Below, in pieces: positions 53,936-63,997 of a stretch of 64,000 nt of DNA. Source of the DNA: Gammaproteobacteria bacterium (GTDB lineage: Bacteria > Pseudomonadota > Gammaproteobacteria > Eutrophobiales > Eutrophobiaceae). Both the position numbers and the translations under genes were made by a program. Location of the stretch: NCBI GenBank assembly GCA_965221695.1, contig OZ244905.1, positions 2,624,001 through 2,688,000 on the forward strand. Reading direction: 5' to 3'. The notes under the pieces are model-generated. The model saw only the letters and a list, made by a program, of their open reading frames with translations, was not told the DNA's origin and ran no database searches. Position 1 is the first letter of the stretch, and each line of letters starts with the position of its first letter.

Positions 53936-54687
53936 GGCTTGCGCCCCGGCAATATCGATACCTGCGCGCCCTTGGCATAGAGGTCTACAAGATTCGCAAT
54001 ATGGAGGGCGGTAGACAGGAGTCCGATAACGGGCAAGCGGACGCGGCAGGCCAGGATACGGATGTCACTGAGTTAAGCAGCCAGATTGAGCCTGGCGGGC
54101 CCGCTGGCGTCGCCTCGGGTAATGTTATCCAGGATTGGGAAGCTCTGCAGCGCGAGGTGGCCGGATGCCGTTTGTGCCCTTTGCATGAGAACAGAACACA
54201 GACGGTATTCGGCGTGGGCGATGTGAATGCGGATTGGATGCTGATCGGCGAGGCGCCTGGAGCCGAGGAAGACCGGCGCGGCGAACCATTTGTCGGCCGG
54301 GCCGGAAAACTGCTGGACGCTATGCTGAACGCGTTGGGAATGTCCCGGCAGCAGGTCTTTATCGCCAATATCCTGAAGTGCCGCCCGCCAAATAATCGTG
54401 ACCCCAGGCCTGAAGAAGTCCTGGCTTGCGAACAGTATCTGGCGCGGCAGATTAGCGCGGTTAAACCCAAACTTATCCTGGCGCTGGGCCGGGTTGCAGC
54501 CCAGAATCTGCTGAAGACGGAAACACCCATCGGAAAAATGCGCGGCCAACGTTTCCAGTACGGTGACCCCCCCATTCCGGTCGTGGTAACATATCATCCT
54601 GCCTACCTGTTGCGTTCGCCGCGGGAGAAAAGAAAGTCCTGGCAGGATTTGCAGTTGGCAATGACCGTCTATAAAGAACAGATATGA
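53932..54687 (+). CDS. Uracil-DNA glycosylase family 4
   Basis: [39 protein letters not shown]. Confidence 0.92.
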   Translation: MRLAPRQYRYLRALGIEVYKIRNMEGGRQESDNGQADAAGQDTDVTELSSQIEPGGPAGVASGNVIQDWEALQREVAGCRLCPLHENRTQTVFGVGDVNADWMLIGEAPGAEEDRRGEPFVGRAGKLLDAMLNALGMSRQQVFIANILKCRPPNNRDPRPEEVLACEQYLARQISAVKPKLILALGRVAAQNLLKTETPIGKMRGQRFQYGDPPIPVVVTYHPAYLLRSPREKRKSWQDLQLAMTVYKEQI

Positions 54688-55151
54688 ATGCCGTCCTGAA
54701 ACTTGACGAGTTAACCCTGCGCCCCATGGCGGAGACGGATATCGGCGATGTGTTGCAGATTGAATGTGCGGCGTATGCGTTTCCCTGGAGCCGGAACATA
54801 TTCAAGGGCTGCTTGCGGGACAACTATTGTTGCCGGGTAGTGGAGCTGGATGGACAAATCGCCGGTTATGCAATCCTCTCCATGGGGGCCGATGAGGCGC
54901 ACCTGCTGAATCTGTGCGTGGACACCGGATATCACAGGATGGGACTGGGCGATGTTTTGCTGAAAAACCTGCTGGACTACGCCCGGACACAGGGAGCAGT
55001 CACCACGTTTCTGGAAGTGCGGCCTTCCAATACGGCCGCGCGCAGGTTTTATCAAAGCCGGGGCTTCGTGGAAGTCGGTTCTCGCCCCAATTATTATCCT
55101 TCCAGGTTCGGGAGAGAAGACGCTATCATAATGGCCCGGGAGATGGTGTAA
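54684..55151 (+). CDS. rimI: Ribosomal protein S18 alanine N-acetyltransferase
   Basis: FPWS, EAHLLNLCV, LEVRPSN, R.NYY, REDAIIM. Confidence 0.94.
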   Translation: MNAVLKLDELTLRPMAETDIGDVLQIECAAYAFPWSRNIFKGCLRDNYCCRVVELDGQIAGYAILSMGADEAHLLNLCVDTGYHRMGLGDVLLKNLLDYARTQGAVTTFLEVRPSNTAARRFYQSRGFVEVGSRPNYYPSRFGREDAIIMAREMV

Positions 55152-55155
55152 GACA

Positions 55156-56064
55156 ATGTCTGAGATAACGCCGCTCGATTATCCCACCATTGACTCCAGC
55201 GTTGGCAACACCCCACTGGTGCGGCTGCAACGCCTGACCGGCGACAGTTCCAATACCATTCTGGCAAAACTGGAAGGCAATAATCCAGCGGGCTCGGTCA
55301 AGGACCGGCCTGCGCTGAGCATGATCCGGCAGGCTGAACAGCGTGGAGAGATCAAGCCCGGCGATGCGCTGATTGAAGCCACCAGCGGCAACACGGGCAT
55401 CGCCTTGGCGATGGTGGCTGCCATTCGTGGTTACCGGATGCTTCTGATCATGCCGGACAACCTCAGCGTTGAGCGGCGCAGCGCGATGCGCGCCTTCGGC
55501 GCAGAGCTGATACTGGTTACAAAAGAGGAAGGCATGGAAGGCGCCCGCGACCTGGCTCAGGAAATGGAAAAACAAGGCAAGGGAAAGATATTGGACCAGT
55601 TCGCCAACCCGGATAATCCCTTGGCGCACTATGAGGGCACAGGCCCGGAAATCTGGCGGGACACGAATGGCAGCGTGACGCATTTTGTCAGCGCGATGGG
55701 GACAACCGGAACTATTATGGGCGTTTCTAAATATCTGAAGGAAAAAAATCGGCAGGTTCAGATCATCGGGGTACAACCGGCGGGCGATGAAAACATTCCC
55801 GGTATCAGACGCTGGCCCAAGGCCTATCTGCCCAGGATCTTCCAGCGTGAGCGGGTGGACCGGATCATTGATGTGACTCCGGCAGAAGCGGAAGAAATGA
55901 CCCGGCGGCTGGCGGATGATGAAGGAATCTTTGCCGGCATTTCCTCCGGCGGCGCAGTCTCAGCCGCGTTGCGCTTGTCTGAGGAATTGGAACACGCGCT
56001 AATCGTGGTGATCATCTGCGACCGCGGCGACCGTTACCTCTCCTCAAGTGTCTTCCCGGATTGA
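55156..56064 (+). CDS. cysM: Cysteine synthase B
   Basis: KLEGNNPAGSVKDR, EATSGNTG, MGTTGT, IPGIRRWP, CDRGDRYLS. Confidence 0.96.
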   Translation: MSEITPLDYPTIDSSVGNTPLVRLQRLTGDSSNTILAKLEGNNPAGSVKDRPALSMIRQAEQRGEIKPGDALIEATSGNTGIALAMVAAIRGYRMLLIMPDNLSVERRSAMRAFGAELILVTKEEGMEGARDLAQEMEKQGKGKILDQFANPDNPLAHYEGTGPEIWRDTNGSVTHFVSAMGTTGTIMGVSKYLKEKNRQVQIIGVQPAGDENIPGIRRWPKAYLPRIFQRERVDRIIDVTPAEAEEMTRRLADDEGIFAGISSGGAVSAALRLSEELEHALIVVIICDRGDRYLSSSVFPD

Positions 56065-56846
56065 ATATTCTCGTCTTTGACATCGAAACCATCCCGGACA
56101 TCGATAGCGGGCGGCGTCTGTACGGGTTGGAAGGCCTGTCGGATAAGGACACCGCCGAGGCGATGTTCAAAATCCGTCGCCAGGAGACGGACAATACTTC
56201 CGACTTTCTGCGCTTGCACCTGCACCGGGTGGTGGCGATTTCGGTCGTGCTCGCGACTCGCGATAACGTCAGTGTCTGGTCACTGGGCACACCGGAATCA
56301 TCTGAGGAGGAACTGGTGCAGCGCTTCTTTGACGGTATCGAAAAATACACGCCGACACTGGTTTCCTGGAACGGCCGCGGCTTTGACCTGCCGGTGCTGC
56401 ATTATCGCTCGCTGCTGCATGGTATCTCAGCTCCCGGCTACTGGGAGACGGGTGACGAGAACCAGAGTTTCCGCTGGAACAATTACCTCAACCGCTTCCA
56501 TCAACGCCATACGGACCTGATGGATGTGCTGGCCGGCTACGAACTGCGCGCCGCCGCGCCCCTGGACGATATTTCCGCGATGCTGGGTTTCCCCGGCAAG
56601 ATGGGCATGTCAGGAGGCAAGGTATGGGAGAGTTACCTGGCCGGCGCGATCGAAACGATCCGCAATTATTGTGAAACGGATGTGCTCAACACCTACCTGG
56701 TCTACCTGCGCTTTCTGCTGATCAGTGGGCGCTATTCAGAGCAGGGCCATCAGCAGGCGTGCGACCGGTTGAAACAGGTCCTGGCGGCCGAGGACAAGCC
56801 GCACCTGGCGGCGTTTCTTGAAGCCTGGGAGGGCGCTGAGCAGTAA
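56061..56846 (+). CDS. Predicted 3'-5' exonuclease related to the PolB exonuclease domain
   Basis: VFDIETIPD, SWNGRGFDLPVL, HTDLMD, YCETDVLNT. Confidence 0.9.
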   Translation: MNILVFDIETIPDIDSGRRLYGLEGLSDKDTAEAMFKIRRQETDNTSDFLRLHLHRVVAISVVLATRDNVSVWSLGTPESSEEELVQRFFDGIEKYTPTLVSWNGRGFDLPVLHYRSLLHGISAPGYWETGDENQSFRWNNYLNRFHQRHTDLMDVLAGYELRAAAPLDDISAMLGFPGKMGMSGGKVWESYLAGAIETIRNYCETDVLNTYLVYLRFLLISGRYSEQGHQQACDRLKQVLAAEDKPHLAAFLEAWEGAEQ

Positions 56847-56880
56847 CCCAGGCACAGGATAAGCCTGTCCCATTCACGTA

Positions 56881-57864
56881 TCAGTAACGCGGGTTCTTTT
56901 CCCAGTCGTAACTGGTACGGACAATAAACTCCAGGTCGTCATAGCGAGGCTGCCAGTCCAACGCTTTCTTCGCTGAACTGCCGTCCGCGATCAACTGTGG
57001 CGGGTCGCCGGGTCGGCGGCCGGTCTCGACAACGGGTATGGGACTGCCGTGGACCTGTTCCAATGCCCGCAGCGCTTCACGCACGCTGTAACCATGTCCG
57101 TAGCCGCAATTTACGGTAATGGAATCACCTCCGTTTTCCAGGCTGCGCAGGGCTTGAACATGGGCGTCGGCCAGGTCGCTCACGTGGATGTAGTCCCTGA
57201 TGCCAGTGCCGTCCGGGGTCGGATAGTCCGTGCCGTAAATATATAGCTCCCCGCGCTTCCCCAGCGCCGTTTCACAGGCAACCTTGATCAGCAGGGTGCA
57301 ATCGGGGGTCGACTGCCCGATGCGGCCCTTCGGGTCGGCGCCGGCCACGTTAAAATAGCGCAGGATCGCATGCTTCAGGGAGCCCGCCCCGGAGACATCC
57401 CGGAGCATCACCTCGGTCATGAGTTTGGACCTTCCGTAGGGATTCACGGGTTCGGTGGGGGTTTGTAGGGTGGCTGTTCCGGATTCGGGAATGCCATATA
57501 CCGCGGCCGTGGAGGAAAATACAAAATACCTGACGCCGGCTTGCACGCAGGCCTCCAGCAGGTTGCGGGATTTTGCGGTATTGTTCTCGTAATACCAAAG
57601 GGGTTTCAGAACGGACTCCGGGACGATCGTGGAGCCGGCGAAATGCATGACCGCAGCTACCTGCCGCTTTTGTAACAGCAGCGCCAGCAGTTCCTTGTTA
57701 CCGGTATCCCCTTGAACCAGTTCACAGTCCATGACCGCCTCTGCAAACCCTTTGGACAGGTCATCGAGGATGATGACCTCGTAACCCTCCTGCAACAGAT
57801 CTAACGCGACATGGCTGCCGATATAACCGGCGCCGCCGGTCAGCAGGATCGTCTTGTCACCCAT
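56881..57864 (-). CDS. galE: UDP-glucose 4-epimerase
   Basis: TGGAGYIGSH, FSSTAAVYG, YGRSK, LRYFNVAGA, RDYIHV. Confidence 0.95.
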   Translation of the reverse strand: MGDKTILLTGGAGYIGSHVALDLLQEGYEVIILDDLSKGFAEAVMDCELVQGDTGNKELLALLLQKRQVAAVMHFAGSTIVPESVLKPLWYYENNTAKSRNLLEACVQAGVRYFVFSSTAAVYGIPESGTATLQTPTEPVNPYGRSKLMTEVMLRDVSGAGSLKHAILRYFNVAGADPKGRIGQSTPDCTLLIKVACETALGKRGELYIYGTDYPTPDGTGIRDYIHVSDLADAHVQALRSLENGGDSITVNCGYGHGYSVREALRALEQVHGSPIPVVETGRRPGDPPQLIADGSSAKKALDWQPRYDDLEFIVRTSYDWEKNPRY

Positions 57865-57873
57865 GGACCACTC

Positions 57874-58365
57874 TCATACGAACAGGTTTACCTCGCACCC
57901 TTCTTCAACCAAGTCGAACAGCTCAGTCACGTCACTGTTGCGCATGCGTATGCATCCCGCTGAACCCGGAACGCCCATCTGCATATCATCGGGTGCGCCA
58001 TGAATATAGATGTAACGGTTATAGGTATCCACCGTACCACCCTGGTTGAACCCCGGTTCTTCTCCCTGCAGCCAGATAATGCGGGTAAGTATCCAGTCGC
58101 GCCCCGGATGCTGCCGGCGCAATGCCGGGTGGTATATCTCTCCGGTGGGTACTCTGCCGGCAAACACCGTGCCGGATGGTTGCCCGGCGCCGATCTTCTC
58201 TGCAATACTGTGCCTGCCGCGCGGAGTGCAACCGCTGTCGAGTTGTTCACCGATGCCGTTTTTTCCGGTTGATACGGAATATTCACGGACGACGCCGGCA
58301 GGCCCAAGCAGTTGCAACACCTGCCGGGTCAAATCGATACTGATCCTGTGGGTAACGGACTGCAT
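57874..58365 (-). CDS. L,D-transpeptidase (YkuD family)
   Basis: TPRG, IYIHG...SAGCIRM. Confidence 0.88.
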   Translation of the reverse strand: MQSVTHRISIDLTRQVLQLLGPAGVVREYSVSTGKNGIGEQLDSGCTPRGRHSIAEKIGAGQPSGTVFAGRVPTGEIYHPALRRQHPGRDWILTRIIWLQGEEPGFNQGGTVDTYNRYIYIHGAPDDMQMGVPGSAGCIRMRNSDVTELFDLVEEGCEVNLFV

Positions 58366-58379
58366 TGCTTTTGTGCCTG

Positions 58380-58412
58380 AAGAACCTTAGAGATAAAGTC
58401 CAGAGCTTACCT
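58380..58412. repeat. Highly degenerate copy of the IS5-like element ends
   Basis: AAGAACCTTAGAGATAAAGTCCAGAGCTTACCT. Confidence 0.45.
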
Positions 58413-59734
58413 TATTCAAACAACGCGATGGATTCAACATGGGAAGTGTGTGGAAACATATCCATCACGCCGGCCGCGGACAGCCCCAGCCCGCCCTGGT
58501 TCACCAGTATACCGGCATCTCGGGCAAGGGTGGCGGGGTTGCAGGAAACGTACACCAGTTTTTCCACCTGTTCCAGGTCCAGTTGTTCGATGATCTCCCG
58601 GGCGCCGCTGCGCGGCGGGTCAAGCAGGACTTTATTGTACACGTGTTCGGATACAAGAGAACCGGCATCCGGTTTCGACAGGTCACAGGCGCTGAAGTTA
58701 GCGTTGCTGAGGCCGTTCTTGCGCGCATTGTCTTGCGCGCGCAGCACCAGGTCTTCTGAGCCTTCCAACCCGGTTGCCTGTTGCGCGTATTTTGCTAGCG
58801 GAAGCGTAAAGTTGCCCAGCCCGCAGAACAGGTCAAGGACCGAGTCATCGGCGCCGGGGTCCAGCAGTTCGATTACCCGGTCGACCAGCATCGCGTTGAG
58901 ATCGAAATTCACCTGGGTAAAATCGAGAGGCGAGAATTCTATGCTGATGCCGTGCTTGTCCAGCCGATAGCGCAACTCCGACTCAGTCTGGTCGGACAGG
59001 CTGTGTACACTATCCAGTCCCGCAGGTTGCAGGTAAAACCTGATCGCGCTTGTTGTTTCGTAGTCGGCCAGGATGGTTTTGTCCGTGTCAGTCAGCGGCG
59101 CCAGGTGCCGGATCACCACGGCGGCCACCGCATCGCTGACAGCCACTTCCAACTGGGGTATTTGCCGGTAGACAGACAGCTTGTGCATCAATTCCTTGAG
59201 CTGCCCGATTTCTTCTCCGAGCATCGGGTGCAGGACTGCGCAGGAATCCATGTCGGCAATGTAACTGCTGTGTTTTTCCCTGAAGCCCACCAGTACCTTT
59301 TTCTTACCGGCGACGTATTTGACGCCCAGCCTGGCCTTACGCCGGTAGCCCCAGTCGGACGCAGCCAGCGGCGGTAGGACTTGTTCAGGCTTGATCCCGG
59401 CTATGTGCCGCAACTGTTCAAGCAGCGCCGATTGCTTGTGCCGAACCTGCTCCCCGGGGTCAAGATGCATCAGGCTGCAACCGCCGCATACACTATAATG
59501 CGGACAGCGGGGTTCGACCCGTAAACCTGATGGTTCATCGACCTCCACCACTCTTCCTTCATCGAATTGCCCGCGCTTACGGGTGTAGCGAAACCGGACG
59601 CGCTCACCCGGCAGGGCGCCGTCAATAAAAACGGTTTTACCGCCGATTCGGGCGATACCTCTGCCTTCATGGGAAAGGGATGTTATCGATGCCGAAGTGG
59701 GTTCGGCAGGTTGTTTATGGCGCGGGCGTGACAT
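58412..59734 (-). CDS. rlmD: 23S rRNA (uracil-1939-C5)-methyltransferase
   Basis: TRAM domain, CPHYSVCGGC, FTQVN, DLFCGLGNF, LDPPRSG, YVSCNPATLARD, DMFPHT.HVE. Confidence 0.96.
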   Translation of the reverse strand: MSRPRHKQPAEPTSASITSLSHEGRGIARIGGKTVFIDGALPGERVRFRYTRKRGQFDEGRVVEVDEPSGLRVEPRCPHYSVCGGCSLMHLDPGEQVRHKQSALLEQLRHIAGIKPEQVLPPLAASDWGYRRKARLGVKYVAGKKKVLVGFREKHSSYIADMDSCAVLHPMLGEEIGQLKELMHKLSVYRQIPQLEVAVSDAVAAVVIRHLAPLTDTDKTILADYETTSAIRFYLQPAGLDSVHSLSDQTESELRYRLDKHGISIEFSPLDFTQVNFDLNAMLVDRVIELLDPGADDSVLDLFCGLGNFTLPLAKYAQQATGLEGSEDLVLRAQDNARKNGLSNANFSACDLSKPDAGSLVSEHVYNKVLLDPPRSGAREIIEQLDLEQVEKLVYVSCNPATLARDAGILVNQGGLGLSAAGVMDMFPHTSHVESIALFE

Positions 59735-59850
59735 TGACTGATTATATCAGCGCAGCGCTGTTTATACTCCTTGTCCAGAGTAAGAAATCCGGCCATGAAA
59801 GGATTATAATCCGCAGTTTGTATTGATAATCCGAAAAATCATGAATCAGG

Positions 59851-61416
59851 ATGAGTAACAACGGCGAACGTGGGGCGAGCTTGCGCGCGCGCACGCTACG
59901 CGGGATGGGATGGTCTTCTGCCGCTGTCGTTATCAAGGCGTTACTTTCGCTACTGGTATTGGCGCTACTCGCGCGGCTGCTGACGCCGGTCGATTTCGGT
60001 CTGATCGGCATTGCCTGGATTTTCATTATGCTCGGCGCCAGGTTTGGCCTGGCGCTGGTCGGGCCGGCAATTGTGCAACGGGCTGAGTTGACCGATGGCC
60101 ATATTCAGGTGGGCGTCGCGCTGTCGATGATCATCGCCATCACAATGACAGCGCTGGCCTGGTTGCTGGCGCCATCGATCGGCGCATTCTTCAGCGAACC
60201 GACGGCGGCGCGCGTCCTGCAGGTATTATCCGTCATATTCATTATCGAAGGCATTGGGAGTGTTCCTGTCCATCTTCTGCGACGCGACCTGCGTTTCAGG
60301 GAATTGAATACCGCCGATTTGCTCGCGTATGCTATCGGCTATGGCGTTACCGCAGTGACGCTGGCTCTCCAGGGATTTGGCGTCTGGTCCCTGGTTTGGG
60401 GCGAGATCATGCATAAGGCAGTTCATACCATCGTAGCGTTACGCTATACGCACAGGCTTCTTTATCCCCGCTGGGCGACGCGCGAGGCAACGGAACTACT
60501 GACGATGGGGGCGGGCTTTTCGCTGGCCCATTCGTTTGAGTTCATCGCCCGGCAGGGCGGCTATTTTGTCGTCGGACGCTGGCTGGGGGCAACGTCGCTG
60601 GGCTACTATACGCGCGCCGACAAACTGGTTGTGGCGCCAAGAAACTATTTCAATCACGCTTTATTTCAAGTTCTGTTTCCCGCGATGTCGCAGCGGCAGC
60701 AGGGAACAGCCCGTCTGGCAACCATCTACCTGCATGGTATTGAGATCCTGGCCCTGCTGGCCCTGCTGATCGGTGTGATGCTGTTTTTATGCGCTCCCGA
60801 AATCGTTTCAGTCATACTGGGAGGACAGTGGGAGCCGGTTGTCATGCTTCTGCAGATTCTTGCTTTTGCCGTTTTATTCCAGATGTGCGATGTATTGAAC
60901 CTTGCAACCATCGGCGCTCTGGGCGCGGTATATCGCCAGGCCTGGCGTCAGGGGATTCATGCTTTTTTAGTCGTAGGCGGCGCTTGGTTTGCGAGCCGGT
61001 GGGGCCTGGAAAGCGTGGTTGTTGCGATTGTCGGCGCCCAGATTATCGCTTCCCTGTTGTTGGCGCAGTTAACGCTATCGTTGCTGGACATAAGTTGGCG
61101 CCGATTTCTGCGCCGTCTGGCGCCGGCATTGTGGGTTGGCGTCTGGGTTGTACTGCTACTCTGGCTGGTCACGCAGCAGGCCAGGACTATGTCCTTGGCG
61201 GTCGGCGTATTGTTGTCCATTGAGGTTGTTGTCTGGATTGCGACAGCGATTGCCGCAGTGTATTGCGCGCCGGCTGTTGCGCGTCCTGAATCCATCCGCT
61301 GGATTGTTGCAAATATGCCGTTTGAGGTTTTCGGCGCGCCGGGAGATTACCTGAGAAACGGACTGAAATGGTTGATGCGTGATACCCGTGATCCTAAGAG
61401 GGCAGGTGTTGGTTGA
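59851..61416 (+). CDS. Polysaccharide/O-antigen flippase (Wzx, PST family)
   Basis: LARLLTPVDFG, G.GVWSLV, LGYYTRA, LFP, GGQW; multi-pass membrane protein. Confidence 0.88.
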   Translation: MSNNGERGASLRARTLRGMGWSSAAVVIKALLSLLVLALLARLLTPVDFGLIGIAWIFIMLGARFGLALVGPAIVQRAELTDGHIQVGVALSMIIAITMTALAWLLAPSIGAFFSEPTAARVLQVLSVIFIIEGIGSVPVHLLRRDLRFRELNTADLLAYAIGYGVTAVTLALQGFGVWSLVWGEIMHKAVHTIVALRYTHRLLYPRWATREATELLTMGAGFSLAHSFEFIARQGGYFVVGRWLGATSLGYYTRADKLVVAPRNYFNHALFQVLFPAMSQRQQGTARLATIYLHGIEILALLALLIGVMLFLCAPEIVSVILGGQWEPVVMLLQILAFAVLFQMCDVLNLATIGALGAVYRQAWRQGIHAFLVVGGAWFASRWGLESVVVAIVGAQIIASLLLAQLTLSLLDISWRRFLRRLAPALWVGVWVVLLLWLVTQQARTMSLAVGVLLSIEVVVWIATAIAAVYCAPAVARPESIRWIVANMPFEVFGAPGDYLRNGLKWLMRDTRDPKRAGVG

Positions 61417-61417
61417 C

Positions 61418-61459
61418 GCGGGCGAGACACCCGCGCTCCCAGGGGGTTGCCCTGGGGCG
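61418..61459. repeat. REP-like tandem hairpins after the flippase
   Basis: GCGGG-CGAGACA-CCCGC followed by CCCAGGG-GGTTG-CCCTGGG. Confidence 0.5.
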
Positions 61460-61473
61460 TGTTACTCCGGGAC

Positions 61474-61536
61474 AGGACTTGTCATAATATGGCACATCCC
61501 TGTATCGTAGGAACCTATGAATTTCACAGACCTCCC
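61474..61536 (-). repeat. Reverse-orientation, internally deleted copy of the IS5-like element
   Basis: GGACTTGTCA...CATCCCTGTATCGTAGGAACCT is, with one mismatch, the reverse complement of AGGTTCCTACGATACAAGGATG...TGACAAGTCC at 26400-26506. Confidence 0.7.
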
Positions 61537-61545
61537 AGTTAACCC

Positions 61546-62193
61546 GTGAATGAAAAAATTGGCGTGCGTGACGGGTATAAACGCGTCTTTGACCTGACTG
61601 TTATCACGATCACTTATATTCTGTTTTTTCCCCTGTGGCTGATCGTTTGGATCTTGGTCCCGCTCGCGATCTGGCTGGAGGATCGTGGCCCGGTGTTCTA
61701 TGCGCAGGAACGGGTAGGATGGGGAGGCAAGCATTTCAAGGTCATCAAGTTCCGCACTATGATCCAGGATGCAGAGAACAAGACCGGTCAGGTCTGGGCC
61801 GCGGAAGATGATCCCCGTCTCACCCGCGTCGGAAAAATGCTGCGCAGGTTGCATCTTGACGAGATCCCGCAGGTTATCAATATTGTCAGGGGTGAGATGA
61901 GCCTGGTGGGTCCGCGGCCCGAACGCCCGGCGTTAACTGAACAGTTCAACCGTGAGGCGCCGGGATTCTCGGATCGTCTCAGGGTCAGGCCGGGTATTGC
62001 CGGACTCGCCCAGGTGCGTGGCAGCTACTGGACCGACCCGATTTACAAACTGAAGTACGACAACCTGTACATCGAAACGATGAGTCCCTGGTTGGACCTC
62101 AAATTGCTGTTTCTTGCCGTCTGGGTCGCGATCAAACGTATGTTTTACGGCGCGGACGCGTCTGTTGCCGACAACAGCTCGGACCGGGATTAA
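61546..62193 (+). CDS. Polyprenyl-phosphate sugar-1-phosphate (initiating) transferase
   Basis: KRVFD, KFRTM, DPRLTRVG..LR...LDEIPQ, GEMSLVGPRPERP, PGIAGLAQV. Confidence 0.93.
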   Translation: MNEKIGVRDGYKRVFDLTVITITYILFFPLWLIVWILVPLAIWLEDRGPVFYAQERVGWGGKHFKVIKFRTMIQDAENKTGQVWAAEDDPRLTRVGKMLRRLHLDEIPQVINIVRGEMSLVGPRPERPALTEQFNREAPGFSDRLRVRPGIAGLAQVRGSYWTDPIYKLKYDNLYIETMSPWLDLKLLFLAVWVAIKRMFYGADASVADNSSDRD

Positions 62194-62199
62194 GCGCAA

Positions 62200-63057
62200 A
62201 TGCAATCGGTAACAGAGGACAAGTCTGCGCGCCGGGTTACTGTTTCAATCATTATCCTGACCTGGAACTCCGAGCGGCAGATCGGCTCCTGCCTGGCCTC
62301 ACTCAGCCGGGGGCTGGCCGAGTTTCCCTACGAAGTGATTGTGGTCGACAATGGTTCTCAGGATCAAACACGCGCCATCATCAAGGATGTCCGACCCGAC
62401 GCGCAGTTGCTGTGTTATCCCGAAAACCATGGCGTTACCCTGACCCGCAACCATGGTATTCGTGTGGCAGGGGGAGATTACATCATTATTCTTGATGATG
62501 ACACGGTCGTGCAGCCTGGCGCGCTGGATTGCCTCATCCGTTATCTGGAGGACCATCCCGGAGCGGGACTGTGTGGACCTAAACTGATAGGCGTTGATGG
62601 GGAACTGCAGTTATCGTGCCGCTACTTTCCAACGTTGCTCGACAAGCTTGCCCGACGGCTGCCTTCGCCTCTGGCTCAATATGTTAACCGCAAGATAGAG
62701 ATGGCAGACTGGGACCACCGCACGACCCGGCGGGTCGATTATGTCATCGGCGCCTGCCAGGCTATCCGCCGGCGCGCGTTAGAGGATGCCGGCTTGTTTG
62801 ACGAACGAATCTTTTATGCTCCGGAGGATGTTGATATCTGCTTGCGCCTGCAACTGGCCGGTTGGTCGGTGGTGTATAATCCCGAAGCCGTCGTTATGCA
62901 TGAGGAACGCAGGATTACACGGTCCATGAGCTCCCCCCTTTTCTGGAAACATGTCCAGGGACTTTGTTATTTTTTTTGGAAACACGGGTATTTGTTTTCC
63001 CGCCGGGGTTTGTACAACAGGATCCCGGATTCCGCCAGGAGCACGCTACATAAATAA
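62200..63057 (+). CDS. Glycosyltransferase family 2 (rhamnosyltransferase-like)
   Basis: SIIILTWN, VVDNGSQD, LDDD, FDERIFY.PEDVD. Confidence 0.9.
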   Translation: MQSVTEDKSARRVTVSIIILTWNSERQIGSCLASLSRGLAEFPYEVIVVDNGSQDQTRAIIKDVRPDAQLLCYPENHGVTLTRNHGIRVAGGDYIIILDDDTVVQPGALDCLIRYLEDHPGAGLCGPKLIGVDGELQLSCRYFPTLLDKLARRLPSPLAQYVNRKIEMADWDHRTTRRVDYVIGACQAIRRRALEDAGLFDERIFYAPEDVDICLRLQLAGWSVVYNPEAVVMHEERRITRSMSSPLFWKHVQGLCYFFWKHGYLFSRRGLYNRIPDSARSTLHK

Positions 63058-63070
63058 TGGACAATTGCCG

Positions 63071-63997
63071 ATGTCGATAACGAATTTGGAACAAGATAAT
63101 CCAGTTGATTTTCTCGTAGTCGGCGCCGCGCAGGCCGGCACTACGACTCTGTTCGAGACCTTGAAAAAACACCCTGGAATATTCATTCCCCAGCGCAAAG
63201 AATGCCAATACTTTTCCTGTACGCATCGTGAATTCGCAGGGCCTCCGCCTCAATATGCGAATACCGTAACCCGCTCTCTGGATGAGTATCGAGAGCTTTT
63301 CAAGAAGGCTGAACCAGACCAACTATGTGGAGATATTTCGCCTGATTATCTCTACTATTTCCAAAGCGCCGTCAGCAAAATTCTCAACGAAAAAGATGCG
63401 CGAATTCCGATTATTATCGTTTTGCGCAATCCCATAGACCGCGCCTATTCGAATTATTTGCACCATGTGCGGGATGGCCGGGAGAAGTTGAGTTTTGAAG
63501 ACGCGCTGAATGCGGAGCAAGAACGCATTAAAGAAAACTGGGCCTGGGGGTGGTTCTACGTGAGGTGTGGATTATACGCGCAACAGGTAAAAGCATATAC
63601 CGAAAAATTTGAGCGGGTTTTAGCGCTGTTGTTTGAGGAGGATATCGTAACCGGTCAGGCAACGGGTAAAGTATTAGAGTTTCTGAATCTCCCCCGCTTG
63701 CGCGCAGACCAGGAGAACGCGCATGCAAACATCTCGGGATATCCTCAAAACCGGGTGTTGCACCGGCTGATGACAGACGAACGGGTTGTCAGAAAAATCA
63801 AGAACATGGTCAAAGCCACGCCGTTGTATGCCCACTCAAAGAAGATCTATAGTAAAGTGATGCAAGTGAACCTGAGAAAAGAGGCAATGCTTCCGGACAC
63901 AAGGAGGATGCTCCAAGAGAGGTTCCAGGACGATGTCGCCCTGCTGGCGGAGCAGACCGGACTCCCCGTGTACCAGTTCTGGAAGGATTTTCGGTAA
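63071..63997 (+). CDS. Sulfotransferase family protein
   Basis: DFLVVGAAQAGTTTL, HP.IF, GDISPDY, LRNPIDRAYS. Probable start MSIT at 63071. Confidence 0.88.
   Translation: MSITNLEQDNPVDFLVVGAAQAGTTTLFETLKKHPGIFIPQRKECQYFSCTHREFAGPPPQYANTVTRSLDEYRELFKKAEPDQLCGDISPDYLYYFQSAVSKILNEKDARIPIIIVLRNPIDRAYSNYLHHVRDGREKLSFEDALNAEQERIKENWAWGWFYVRCGLYAQQVKAYTEKFERVLALLFEEDIVTGQATGKVLEFLNLPRLRADQENAHANISGYPQNRVLHRLMTDERVVRKIKNMVKATPLYAHSKKIYSKVMQVNLRKEAMLPDTRRMLQERFQDDVALLAEQTGLPVYQFWKDFR

Noticed and set aside
53932-54000. HolD (DNA polymerase III psi)-like N-terminus on the uracil-DNA glycosylase
   Set aside because: The resemblance ([10 protein letters not shown], upstream of rimI) is too short to support, and similar extensions are common in this family.
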